Below are positions 46,814 to 56,349 of a stretch of 64,000 nt of DNA, one piece after another; position 1 is the stretch's first letter, and every line of letters begins with the position of its first letter. Source of the DNA: a virus; the IMG/VR virus record IMGVR_UViG_3300041585_000108, positions 11,319 to 75,318 of that record. One strand, 5' to 3'. The position numbers and the translations under genes are program-made. The notes beneath the pieces are model-generated. The model was not told the DNA's origin and did no database searches. It saw only the letters and a program-made list of their open reading frames with translations.

Positions 46814-46842
46814 ATTTTATCTTACAATCAACCAAAAGGCAA
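46814..46842 (-). promoter_or_regulatory. promoter for major tail gene
   Basis: TTGCCT-N17-TAAAAT; same hexamers as at 52495-52523. Confidence 0.6.
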
Positions 46843-46843
46843 A

Positions 46844-47350
46844 CTAATCAAATCTACCTTTTGGCCCTATTGTTCTAGAGTACTTAACTTCAAGTATTAC
46901 ATCTGCCGATAAAAATCCTGCTAATTCTGTAGATGGCTCAGTTGGAGACATTTCTAAAATAAGAGTATTATGGAATATGATTTTGTCTGTATTTTTAGAC
47001 TCATTTAAGTCTTTGGCGGAATCATCCATTCGTCTAAATACATCTACCATCATATTTCTAATAGTATTAATTTCAGAATAGTCTAAGGAATAAATAGTAA
47101 ATGATATTTTCTCACAACATATCATCCAGTTTTCTTCATAGGTGCTCCCCATTTTGTCATAGACAATATGTGTTTTACCACTTAAAAATTGATTTATTTC
47201 TGGAGCTTGCTGAACAGGGATAATAGGAATAATTGACTCTCCTAGATTATCGCTATAGTATGCATTTGCATCAATGATGTTATTCTCAAGAAGTTCCTGC
47301 CATAGGTGTCTTCTTACTTCATACATGGCATCTATACTATAATCTGTCAT
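46844..47350 (-). CDS. tail terminator-like neck protein
   Basis: Position just before major tail gene; 168 aa. Confidence 0.55.
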   Translation of the reverse strand: MTDYSIDAMYEVRRHLWQELLENNIIDANAYYSDNLGESIIPIIPVQQAPEINQFLSGKTHIVYDKMGSTYEENWMICCEKISFTIYSLDYSEINTIRNMMVDVFRRMDDSAKDLNESKNTDKIIFHNTLILEMSPTEPSTELAGFLSADVILEVKYSRTIGPKGRFD

Positions 47351-48144
47351 TATGCTACTCCTCCAAATTGTTTTGTTAATGATGAGTCCGCCTGCAGTCT
47401 AATTGTACCTGGACTAAAAGAATAACGCACCTTGGATATAGAAGATGGAACTCTCATTGCTTTTTCAAATTTAGATCCAAATAGATTTTGAAACCCTGAC
47501 ATCTTAATAGAATTACTTACTAATGGTCCACTAAAATATCTGCTATATGTTAAGTCAAACTGATTAGTAGATGCTCTGCCTCCAGGACTTTTTATTGTAA
47601 CTGATTTCCCTTTAGGCATAAATACTTTTTCTCCATCAATTTCAAATACTAGTCTCTCTGCTGACTTAGGTCTAATGGTTATAGGCATTCCTTTTTCCAT
47701 TACTGCCGCTTTGTTTTCAAATACATATCTACTTGTTTGCTCTTTATTTTTTGAAGGAACAGATGATTTGGATAGCTTGAATTCATAATCTATTCTAAAT
47801 GACAATCCAATTCCTTCAATTTTATTTAATTTAAAAAGTCTATTGGTTGCTTGCCCAGTTTTATTCCATTCATAAACATGATGTAATGACTTTGGCTTTG
47901 TTCTAGCCTGTGAATCAATAAACTGACCAAAGTCTTTTTCTATTTGTTTAAATATTGTTGTTTTAAATAGCCTTTGAAATGCCTTGTTGGATTCTAATTT
48001 TGCAGCGACGTTTGCTTGATAATACAAGAATGCTGATATCTGGGCTACCGTACTATCTTTTAAAACTCCTGCTGCCGTTGTTCCAACCATTAATCTTTCT
48101 AGGCCAGAAGAAGCTTGTAGTAAAGCTATTCCACTAGTCTCCAA
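47350..48144 (-). CDS. neck/tail-completion protein
   Basis: Position; basic; HHVYEW motif. Confidence 0.55.
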   Translation of the reverse strand: METSGIALLQASSGLERLMVGTTAAGVLKDSTVAQISAFLYYQANVAAKLESNKAFQRLFKTTIFKQIEKDFGQFIDSQARTKPKSLHHVYEWNKTGQATNRLFKLNKIEGIGLSFRIDYEFKLSKSSVPSKNKEQTSRYVFENKAAVMEKGMPITIRPKSAERLVFEIDGEKVFMPKGKSVTIKSPGGRASTNQFDLTYSRYFSGPLVSNSIKMSGFQNLFGSKFEKAMRVPSSISKVRYSFSPGTIRLQADSSLTKQFGGVA

Positions 48145-48562
48145 TTATCTGGCTCTCTGATCTTTTAGCAATTGAATTGTATGCCATTAAAGTTCCAAAG
48201 GGGTCGGTAATTGGAGTTGAGCTAGCTATTTCAAATACCGTTGGAGTATCATTAGGATAATTTAATTCTATCCAAATTGGGTTGTTAGCACTGTCTCTAA
48301 CATTAGAAACTTTTTCTCTATATGTTAATCTTGACTCAGTTCTAATTTCAATTGTTTGTTTATCAACATACTTGCCAGTAATAGTTTGATTATCTCCGCC
48401 TCTTGATCCTACAGAGTTAGTTATAATTCCCTTTGCAAAACATGGGACAGTTCTTTGATAGACCCAACTTTTTTTAATAGCTCCTGTATTTTGCTCTTGA
48501 TAGTCTTCTTGAACATAAACATCTAGCTTCATACTAAATATAGAATCAACTAGGCTATTCAT
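48134..48562 (-). CDS. head-closure-like protein
   Basis: Position; beta-rich, 142 aa. Confidence 0.55.
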   Translation of the reverse strand: MNSLVDSIFSMKLDVYVQEDYQEQNTGAIKKSWVYQRTVPCFAKGIITNSVGSRGGDNQTITGKYVDKQTIEIRTESRLTYREKVSNVRDSANNPIWIELNYPNDTPTVFEIASSTPITDPFGTLMAYNSIAKRSESQIIGD

Positions 48563-48563
48563 A

Positions 48564-49544
48564 TTAAATCACAACCATTTTATTTATTACATAAGGAAGC
48601 AATAGCTGATCTGCATAATTATTTCCAGTTCCTGCAAATGAGGATGTGTCGTACTGGAATTGCCAATCAAATGTTTGAATGCTCTTTATGTACTTGTTTC
48701 TCCATTCTTTATCCTTAGAGAAAAAATCTTTCATTAATTCTATGCATGCAAGCTCTACCTCGTCTGGAATTTCTGACCATCCAAATACACCTGACACTCT
48801 GTAAATACCACCATTAACAAATGCTCCTTGGTAATAATCTCTTATGCTTGGAGGAATCATTCCGTTTGCAGAATACACTATGTTGTCTATTTGGTTAGCA
48901 CGATTTACTCTAATTCCAAAGCCACTTTCAGATACTCCCACATCTGCACTAAAATTATTAATATTATTAATGTTGTCTATTAATAATAAATCATTTAAAT
49001 ATAGCTCGTGTAGTTGATTAATTTTTGTAGAAAGTGGAAGAACATCTGCTCCAGTTGAATATACAATAGTTACATCGTCATACAAATAAAATTTTTGTTG
49101 AGTATAATTTTCAATTAGCTTTCTTGCATATCTTTCTGCTGTTGTTAAATCAGCAAATGTTTTATAGTTTGGATCAGATTGATCAAATCCAAAGCCTAGT
49201 GCATCTGCTGCTTGAGTAAGATCAGTGTATGGCTTTACCACAAATAGCTTATGCTCTTTTACAACCTGCTCTCCCTCAACCTCATATTCCCAAACTAACT
49301 TTAAGGATCTAGGTCTATCAGTTAAAGATAGTGGAGGATAAACAAGATACACGCCTCTATCTGTTTCGGCTTCTTCTGCTACTTGCGTTGACAAAATAGT
49401 ACTTGGATTTATAGAAGGGGCAATTGCTGGGTCTTCAGTTATGTCATAAAAACTAACAGTTGGCAAATAGTCAGCTTGGCTTATTCCGCCCTTCCAAAAT
49501 ACTCTTTGCTTTACTGGAGAATTTGTTCCTACTATAATTTCCAT
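48564..49544 (-). CDS. head-tail adaptor
   Basis: ARKLIENYT...FGWSEIPDEVELACIEL...ADQLLLPY adaptor-like motifs. Confidence 0.7.
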   Translation of the reverse strand: MEIIVGTNSPVKQRVFWKGGISQADYLPTVSFYDITEDPAIAPSINPSTILSTQVAEEAETDRGVYLVYPPLSLTDRPRSLKLVWEYEVEGEQVVKEHKLFVVKPYTDLTQAADALGFGFDQSDPNYKTFADLTTAERYARKLIENYTQQKFYLYDDVTIVYSTGADVLPLSTKINQLHELYLNDLLLIDNINNINNFSADVGVSESGFGIRVNRANQIDNIVYSANGMIPPSIRDYYQGAFVNGGIYRVSGVFGWSEIPDEVELACIELMKDFFSKDKEWRNKYIKSIQTFDWQFQYDTSSFAGTGNNYADQLLLPYVINKMVVI

Positions 49545-49559
49545 TTTTTATGCTTGGGT

Positions 49560-49955
49560 TTAGCTGTAGTAATCCTGAACTTCTTTAGGCGTTGCTAAAC
49601 GAAAGCCCTCCTCTATATCAAAAATTTGTTGAGCTTGATCTTTGTGCATTGATACATAAGGGTGTTGCTGGGTAAATGTTTGCCCTAAAATATCATATCT
49701 AAAATTTTCTCTTGTCATCATAACCAGTACATTATCTTCTGGACGCTGTGCCTTTGGATCAAATACTGGAATAATTTCAATCTCTTCTTTTGCTTCTTCT
49801 ACATCTTTGATAGTCTTAGCATATACTGAATAGGTTACGCCCTCTTCTGCTAAAGCCGCAATAATTTCTTGTTTGTTTTTTAAGCCTTCTGTTTCAACTG
49901 CAAAGTCCTCTGCAATTGATTTTAATTCGGCTACTTTTAAAGTGTCAAATGACAT
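49560..49955 (-). CDS. hypothetical head-module protein with Rho-N/HeH-like N-terminus
   Basis: LKVAELKSIAE...KNKQEII. Confidence 0.6.
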   Translation of the reverse strand: MSFDTLKVAELKSIAEDFAVETEGLKNKQEIIAALAEEGVTYSVYAKTIKDVEEAKEEIEIIPVFDPKAQRPEDNVLVMMTRENFRYDILGQTFTQQHPYVSMHKDQAQQIFDIEEGFRLATPKEVQDYYS

Positions 49956-50006
49956 TTAATTCTCCTTTTTCTAGGTAAAACTATTATAGCATTGTATAAT
50001 TAAAAT

Positions 50007-50038
50007 GAAAAGCCCCTAAAATTAATTAGGGGCCTTTC
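50007..50038 (-). terminator. terminator after major capsid gene
   Basis: Minus strand GAAAGGCCCCTAA-loop-TTAGGGGCTTTTC. Confidence 0.75.
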
Positions 50039-50054
50039 GATAGTTAATTCTTAA

Positions 50055-51104
50055 TTAAGAAGCAACTTTAACGTTCTTTACGACTACCCAAGCATCTGCT
50101 TGTTCAATCTGTACGCCTACTCTTGTGTACATTGTGTACTCAATTGAGTCCTTGCGTGGCCAGAAGAAGCGGTAAACAGTTACGTCACGCTTGATGCCAA
50201 TAACTACGTTATTTGGGAATGTCAAGTGGATGTCACCGTGTGAGCCTGTTGGAGATGCGTAATCTCCAGCCTGTGTTTCTGGAAGTAGTGGAACTTCAAC
50301 AACTGGAATACCAAACGCAAATGGCGCTACGTATCCTGCTGGTCCACCAAGTGGTGCAACTCCACCACGGATTACGCTTGATGCAATATCCTGTGGAATT
50401 GTCTGGTTTGTACCAATGCTGTTGTTGTATAGGAAGTCCTGAATTAAGTTTGAGCCAGCTAGGAAACGAAGGTCTCCACGACGCTGCTTGTACTTACGAG
50501 GCATTGCTTTGAGTGCCTTGTTAAAGACTTCACGAGAAACTGCTGCTCCAGCTGCGTCTACAACGTGGCCTGATGCTTTAGCTTTCTTTACAACACCATC
50601 AAAGGCCTTGTATAGAGAATCGCTTGAAAGTGTTGTGTTACCATTAAGTAGAACATCTTCAATGTCGTTACCAGCTTGAGTTGCCATCAAACGTGCAATG
50701 TGATCTTCAAGGTCGGCTCCTTCAATGTTATCTTCTAGTGACTCTGTTGAGAGCTCCCAGTCGAGACGTAGCTTCTTAGTTGTAAGAGAAATTTTTGAGA
50801 AAGTAACACCCTTGTTTGAAGAAGTGTCGTCACCCTCTGTTGCAAGCTTCATAAGCTTTTCGCCTACTGACATGCGATCAATTTCTGTTGTGTCTGACTT
50901 CATTCGAACTGTACGTGCGACCTTACCAATTACGGTTGCGTCGAACAAATAGTCTAGGAAGCGAGCTGATTGTTCTGGGTTTAGAAGTCCACCGTTGCCA
51001 GCTTCTGACGCTACGTGTACTCCTGAACCACCTGTGTTTGATGCAAATCCTGCAGTAGCTGTTGTGCCAGCTGCGATTGCTTTTTCTAATGTTTCATTGC
51101 TCAT
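50055..51104 (-). CDS. major capsid protein (HK97 fold)
   Basis: GGLLNPEQ, ELSTESLEDN, LLNG, FGIPVV; follows protease/scaffold gene. Confidence 0.9.
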   Translation of the reverse strand: MSNETLEKAIAAGTTATAGFASNTGGSGVHVASEAGNGGLLNPEQSARFLDYLFDATVIGKVARTVRMKSDTTEIDRMSVGEKLMKLATEGDDTSSNKGVTFSKISLTTKKLRLDWELSTESLEDNIEGADLEDHIARLMATQAGNDIEDVLLNGNTTLSSDSLYKAFDGVVKKAKASGHVVDAAGAAVSREVFNKALKAMPRKYKQRRGDLRFLAGSNLIQDFLYNNSIGTNQTIPQDIASSVIRGGVAPLGGPAGYVAPFAFGIPVVEVPLLPETQAGDYASPTGSHGDIHLTFPNNVVIGIKRDVTVYRFFWPRKDSIEYTMYTRVGVQIEQADAWVVVKNVKVAS

Positions 51105-51119
51105 ATTTTTTTACCTACC

Positions 51120-52487
51120 CTAGTTAAATATTTCGTTTACGGAACCGAGGAAAGAACCGTTCCATTTTGATTTTGTGATTGTTGCTTCTGCAGACCCGCC
51201 AAGGTCTGAAGACTTCTTAATTGCTGTATCGCCTTCAACGGCATCTACACGCTTCTGAACACCATCAATAGTGCCCTTTATTTCTATTACAGCTACACTA
51301 AGTGCGCTGTGCTTTTCTGCTAATTCTGTGATCTGAGCATTTAAGCCCTTGCTAAAAGTTTCTACAGTTTCTTTGATTTCTGAAACCTGCAATGCATTTG
51401 TCTCTGTAGCCTTGCTAAGAGTATCTGCAAAGAATCCCTTTAGGTCCACTAACATTTTTGCAAAATCAGGCTGTTCAACTTCAACTGCAGCTGGTGCTTC
51501 TGCATCAACTGACTTAAAGATATCTACAGAAGCAGATTCAGCATCTGCTGTTTCTACAGCTGGTGCTTCTTCAACGGCAGATGCGGTTGCATCTACCATG
51601 GTCTCTTCAACGACTTTAACTTCTTCAACTACTGGGGCTTCAACAACTGGTGTCTCTGCTGCAACTGAATCTGTACCATGTACGTTTAGTTTTTCCATTT
51701 CATTACCTCCTTGTACGTTTGCCTGTTTTGCTATTGTTTGTGTTGCAGGCAACGGAACTCTTGACTTCTTAAATGAAGCAAGAATCTTATCTATCTCTTT
51801 GGATTTATTTTGATCTGAGCTTTCAACCCAACCAATTAGCGTAGCATCTTTTCCAGTAATTGGAGATGAGTATGTCTTGTCTGTTGAGATAAAAACAGAT
51901 TCGCTATCTTCACAATAAAAAATATTTTCTGTGACAACATCTGCTGCCATTCCTTTAAATATAAGTTGACCATTCATTTTTTCAATAGAGATGATATTGC
52001 ACATTTCATTTGCGGGAGAATCAACTATTGATAGTTCAACTAAATCATAGTCCTTAATAAATCTTATAGTCTGCCCTGTTGCTTTATTCATTTCATCATC
52101 TGATTCTTTGATCTTTCCGCCGATTGAAAATCCAGAAAGGGTTCCGTCTAAAATTTTTTCCCATGTATCTTGAGCGCCTTTAGAGATGTATGATGTTACA
52201 TAAACTCCGTTATAAAATTCTTTTGTTTTTTGATCGTAGTAAGTTTCTGGTTTAAATGATATAACCTTTCCTACTGCAAGTGGCTGATGCATCTCACGAA
52301 GGTTTCCTCTAAATGCTTCAAATGCTTTCATGCTTGCTTCTGCTGTTACGACATCGCCTGTTTGATCAATATTATCAAGTGTGGCAAATCCAGATACGGT
52401 TCTATTTTCTCTGTTTACTTTTGTAAAAGGAACAGATAAATGAAGGTTTTGTCCGTCAGAAGACCACTGACTTTTTTCTATGTTCAT
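51120..52487 (-). CDS. prohead protease fused to scaffold
   Basis: VSGFAT, EMH, GFSIGG, ELSIVDSPAN; acidic linker plus coiled coil. Confidence 0.9.
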   Translation of the reverse strand: MNIEKSQWSSDGQNLHLSVPFTKVNRENRTVSGFATLDNIDQTGDVVTAEASMKAFEAFRGNLREMHQPLAVGKVISFKPETYYDQKTKEFYNGVYVTSYISKGAQDTWEKILDGTLSGFSIGGKIKESDDEMNKATGQTIRFIKDYDLVELSIVDSPANEMCNIISIEKMNGQLIFKGMAADVVTENIFYCEDSESVFISTDKTYSSPITGKDATLIGWVESSDQNKSKEIDKILASFKKSRVPLPATQTIAKQANVQGGNEMEKLNVHGTDSVAAETPVVEAPVVEEVKVVEETMVDATASAVEEAPAVETADAESASVDIFKSVDAEAPAAVEVEQPDFAKMLVDLKGFFADTLSKATETNALQVSEIKETVETFSKGLNAQITELAEKHSALSVAVIEIKGTIDGVQKRVDAVEGDTAIKKSSDLGGSAEATITKSKWNGSFLGSVNEIFN

Positions 52488-52494
52488 ATGCTTA

Positions 52495-52523
52495 ATTTTA
52501 TACTTAGTTATCTAAAAAGGCAA
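52495..52523 (-). promoter_or_regulatory. leaderless promoter for protease/capsid operon
   Basis: TTGCCT-N17-TAAAAT-N7-ATG. Confidence 0.6.
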
Positions 52524-52540
52524 ATAGCAGTTGAGCAGAT

Positions 52541-54124
52541 TTAATCTACTTTACTTCCTTCACCTTTAGCATTTCTTCCTTCTCCCACTTTATCGGAAGA
52601 AGTGGCTGATCTTTCAGAATCTCTAGCTCTTGTTTTCCCAGCCTTGGCTTTTTGATCTGCGGCTTGTTGAGGTTTTAATTCAACTACTTCGTCTCCACCA
52701 TCAATAGGAATCATACCTTTTCTAATTCTAACCTCATTTGGAGTTAATACCTGCATTCTTAAATATCTTTCATCTATTTGAGATTGAGTATCTTCGTCTG
52801 TCAAAGTAAGCTCTTCAAATTTAATTTTAAGGGCATCTGTTTTTTCCTGAATAATAGAGTTAATTCTTTTTTCTAATCTCATTTGAGCTGGACGACAAAC
52901 TTGTTCTTTAAATGTTTTATCCGCATCTCTGGCATTTGCCAAGGATACTCCCTCTGGTACTCCAATTTTATTAATTGGAACTCTGTGTGCTAGCAAGATT
53001 TCGTCTCTATTTGATTGTCGATAAATGTTAAATGATGATTCTTGTGAGCCAGCTTCTACGGGCTCCATCTTAAATTCTACTTTGCTATCTGGAGTATCTG
53101 CTGGCAAGGGAATATAAAGTGACCTATGGTTTTTTCCTTTTAGACCAACCTGAAAAAACTCTAATAATTTACGCTCTGACTCTGGAGAAAGCTTGGCTCC
53201 CTTTACAGTAATAATATATCTTGGAACCGCTTTGTTTTCAAAATAGTCAAGGTTGTATCTGCCAGCAAATTCATTTCCAGTTAAAGCAACCTGTGCTGCA
53301 ACAATATCTGGAATTCCATAATAGTTGTTCATTGGTGTATACTTCTTCAAATGGATAATCTCATTTGGTCTATCTTCAAACTCGCCAATTGGATTTACTG
53401 TTTCTGTATCTCCAAAGTTTTTAAAAAAGACAGCCTTTCCATAAAGCAATTGCATAAAGCCATCTCTGAGTCTTCTGACTCTCATTGTCTTTGCGGGGAT
53501 ATGCCCAATGTATCCAATATCTCCAGCAGTAGTTCTTCCTATTTCAAGGTAGCCGTTGCCAGTTGATTCTAAATCTGTGTATACTTTAATTAGGGTTTCT
53601 GTAAATGTATCTTCATCGTTGGTGGAATCAAGCCAGTCTTGCAGATCTTGCTTTAACTTGTTTAATTTTTTTCTTGCTCTATTTAGCTGAACAGCATCTG
53701 TAATGGAATCAATAGCATCATTAGTTTTTCTTGTTTCCATAAACGAGTATCCAAGGCCAACTATGTTTGCAACCTTTGCATTAATTGCTGCGTAATTATA
53801 AGTTGAAACTTCATATATTTGAGATAAGTAGTCTTGGTTATAAATTGGCTGAACTAGATCAAACATAGCATAGCCTGTTACTGCTTGCTGCAATAGATTT
53901 TGTTGGGTTCCTGAGCCGTCTTGTCCAGTAAACGCTTTAGCAAAATCTCTATTTACTTTTCTTTTAAAATTAGACCCTAGTCCTCTTACCTTTTTAAGTT
54001 CCTCTAGCCCAACTGCAAATGGGTCTACGTGCTCTACTTCTTTTTTAAAAGAAAACATGTCAGAGCTATTTTTAATTCCAACTTCGTATTGCTTTTCATT
54101 ATTATCTTCAACAAACTGGGTCAT
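52541..54124 (-). CDS. portal protein
   Basis: GNGYLE, EIIHLK...YYGIP, YFENKAVP, EILLAHRVP, LTPNEVR. Confidence 0.92.
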   Translation of the reverse strand: MTQFVEDNNEKQYEVGIKNSSDMFSFKKEVEHVDPFAVGLEELKKVRGLGSNFKRKVNRDFAKAFTGQDGSGTQQNLLQQAVTGYAMFDLVQPIYNQDYLSQIYEVSTYNYAAINAKVANIVGLGYSFMETRKTNDAIDSITDAVQLNRARKKLNKLKQDLQDWLDSTNDEDTFTETLIKVYTDLESTGNGYLEIGRTTAGDIGYIGHIPAKTMRVRRLRDGFMQLLYGKAVFFKNFGDTETVNPIGEFEDRPNEIIHLKKYTPMNNYYGIPDIVAAQVALTGNEFAGRYNLDYFENKAVPRYIITVKGAKLSPESERKLLEFFQVGLKGKNHRSLYIPLPADTPDSKVEFKMEPVEAGSQESSFNIYRQSNRDEILLAHRVPINKIGVPEGVSLANARDADKTFKEQVCRPAQMRLEKRINSIIQEKTDALKIKFEELTLTDEDTQSQIDERYLRMQVLTPNEVRIRKGMIPIDGGDEVVELKPQQAADQKAKAGKTRARDSERSATSSDKVGEGRNAKGEGSKVD

Positions 54125-54459
54125 TGCATTTCCCCGCCTCTGAGTACTGAATCTTTATATTCACCAATATCTAGTTTGTCTGGAGTTAATCCCCATTTTA
54201 GTCTTTGGTTTTGATGTTCAAATTCTTCATCATCAATTTTACGCCGTCCAGATAAAAATTTAGGCTGACCCTCATAAATGCCATAATGCTTAACGGCATC
54301 TGTTAAAAAAGAAATCTTTGATCTATTCCCTTTTGTAGAGGTTACGGATAAGAAGTTCCCATCATCGTCTCCTATCCATCTACCGTCTGGCATCTCCCAG
54401 ACATAAATTCCTAGACGAGTTTCTTCAATAATCTGGCTTTTTTGATTTAAGATTTCCAT
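54121..54459 (-). CDS. hypothetical protein upstream of portal
   Basis: 112 aa, ATGA overlap with portal. Confidence 0.75.
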   Translation of the reverse strand: MEILNQKSQIIEETRLGIYVWEMPDGRWIGDDDGNFLSVTSTKGNRSKISFLTDAVKHYGIYEGQPKFLSGRRKIDDEEFEHQNQRLKWGLTPDKLDIGEYKDSVLRGGEMQ

Positions 54460-54543
54460 ATGTATAACAGTTTACCATTAGTTGTAGCCAAAGTCCAGTT
54501 TTTGTCAAGTCTTTGTAACTTATATTTCGTATTTAGCCGTTTG

Positions 54544-56346
54544 TTATCCAAGTACTCTCACGTAGTTTGGAGTATTGTCAACTCCGTTGTCATCTTCAGA
54601 TATAACTAGGCTTGGCCCTTGAATTATATTTGAATTGTCTGAGCGATAGAGACTGTAATTTTTTAATACGTCATTTTGTACAAATGCTTGGGTGTAGAAA
54701 GCTATGTTGTTATAAACATTAGAATACCCGTACTCTGTACCATCTTGATTTTGATTAAACTTTATGTTTGTCGCTGGAGAAGACAATGCTATTATCAAAT
54801 AGTGAGATACTCCATTTAAAAAGAAATCAGATATGTTTGTAGAGGATGTCCTATTTATACCATTTACGTATATTGAAGAAATTCCAGACTTTGTAATGGC
54901 CCCGCTTGAATTCCATTTAAAATAAGAATCGGCAGAAGAAAACAAGACATTGCTATTCCCATCTGGAGAAAAAAACATTTCAATTGTTTGTGGATATGTA
55001 GAGACATCTGTAGAAAAACCATGACCCTCATACATAGAGATTCCATTATATTTATTTTGAATTCTTATTGGATAGTTATACTCTCCTATAGTGTAGTCAT
55101 AGTTTGAATAAATTTTAAATCCTGAGTTGTCTGAGTAAAAATCTTTATTCAAATACATGTCTATTTCTAACCGATTAAAATACGGCAAATCAAAGGAGGA
55201 GTCATTTGTTGTCATTGTTACTCTTAAATCAAAGAAGCCGCTATGAGAGTTTTGATTTTTATTATAGTATGGGAGCGGTGAATTGTTTTTACATACCGCC
55301 CAATCTTCTCCTGGAACCATGATCTCAACAACTACATTATCAACATCTTGTCCATATATTAAATTAGATGAAACAATTTTTTCTGGATTGCCAACGTATA
55401 GGGTTTCCGTAAAAGAAAAAATTTTTGATTCTATTGTAAGGGTTTTATTAAATACAATTTTTTGATTTGCTGCATCATAATATCCATCCTGAGAAGACAG
55501 TCTTTCTAAACCTTCAATTCCAGGATACCTATAAGATATTCCAGGCTTCAGGGAGCTTGAGTTTAAAGAAAAAAGTATTCCGTTATTTGTATATACAATT
55601 TGAGAAGGCTTAGTGTCTTTGTATCCAGCAGTATAATGAGACAGGATTCTATTTTCTTCAATCTCATAGTTATAGACTGCTGCTGCATCTACAATAAATT
55701 TTGACCCTATATTTGCAGGGCCTAAAGATAAAGATATAGATTCGTTTAAAAACTTAAATTCATTAAATAACGATTTCTCATTTACTAATTTACCATCAAC
55801 AAATAAAGAAATTTTATCTTTTGAGTATATTCCAACAATATGAACTGCTTTGTTTTTTGAAACCTTATAGCATATAGAGTTGTCTTGGCTTACTTTAAAT
55901 GTTATATTTTCATTTGTATAAAATATTCCTAGGTCATTGTTTATGTCTCCAAAAATACAATATTCTTCTACGTCTTCGTTATCTGCTTTAAACCATATTT
56001 CAAGTGCAAATGGGCTATCTGGGTTTTTATTTGTTGCTATACCCAGTGCCTTTAAGGATATTTCAGATGCTTCATTTATTTCTGTACCTCTTTTACCACC
56101 AGCAACAATTGGAAGGACTTCCATAGAAGAAGTTTCAATTGCATATCCTTCCATTGCGTTACCAGAATAATCAATGATTGGCAAACCGCTTACTGCGGCA
56201 TAAGAAACTCCATTATCTTTTAAATCTTGATAGGTAGAGTAGGTTGATATTAAGCCTAAATATGCTCCAACTTCTCCAGAGCGTACTTCATCTAATAAAA
56301 AAAACGATAATGGATAATCTTGCAAGACAGTGTATTTATATGACAT
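54544..56346 (-). CDS. LamG/ConA-like domain virion protein
   Basis: FALEIWFK, HIVGIY, LFVDGK, DAAAVYN, ILSHY. Confidence 0.72.
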   Translation of the reverse strand: MSYKYTVLQDYPLSFFLLDEVRSGEVGAYLGLISTYSTYQDLKDNGVSYAAVSGLPIIDYSGNAMEGYAIETSSMEVLPIVAGGKRGTEINEASEISLKALGIATNKNPDSPFALEIWFKADNEDVEEYCIFGDINNDLGIFYTNENITFKVSQDNSICYKVSKNKAVHIVGIYSKDKISLFVDGKLVNEKSLFNEFKFLNESISLSLGPANIGSKFIVDAAAVYNYEIEENRILSHYTAGYKDTKPSQIVYTNNGILFSLNSSSLKPGISYRYPGIEGLERLSSQDGYYDAANQKIVFNKTLTIESKIFSFTETLYVGNPEKIVSSNLIYGQDVDNVVVEIMVPGEDWAVCKNNSPLPYYNKNQNSHSGFFDLRVTMTTNDSSFDLPYFNRLEIDMYLNKDFYSDNSGFKIYSNYDYTIGEYNYPIRIQNKYNGISMYEGHGFSTDVSTYPQTIEMFFSPDGNSNVLFSSADSYFKWNSSGAITKSGISSIYVNGINRTSSTNISDFFLNGVSHYLIIALSSPATNIKFNQNQDGTEYGYSNVYNNIAFYTQAFVQNDVLKNYSLYRSDNSNIIQGPSLVISEDDNGVDNTPNYVRVLG

Positions 56347-56349
56347 GTC

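Noticed and set aside
28820-51813. Many plus-strand ORFs of 60-150 aa opposite structural genes
   Set aside because: Antisense open frames caused by codon bias in Ala/Thr/Gly-rich genes; no recognisable motifs.
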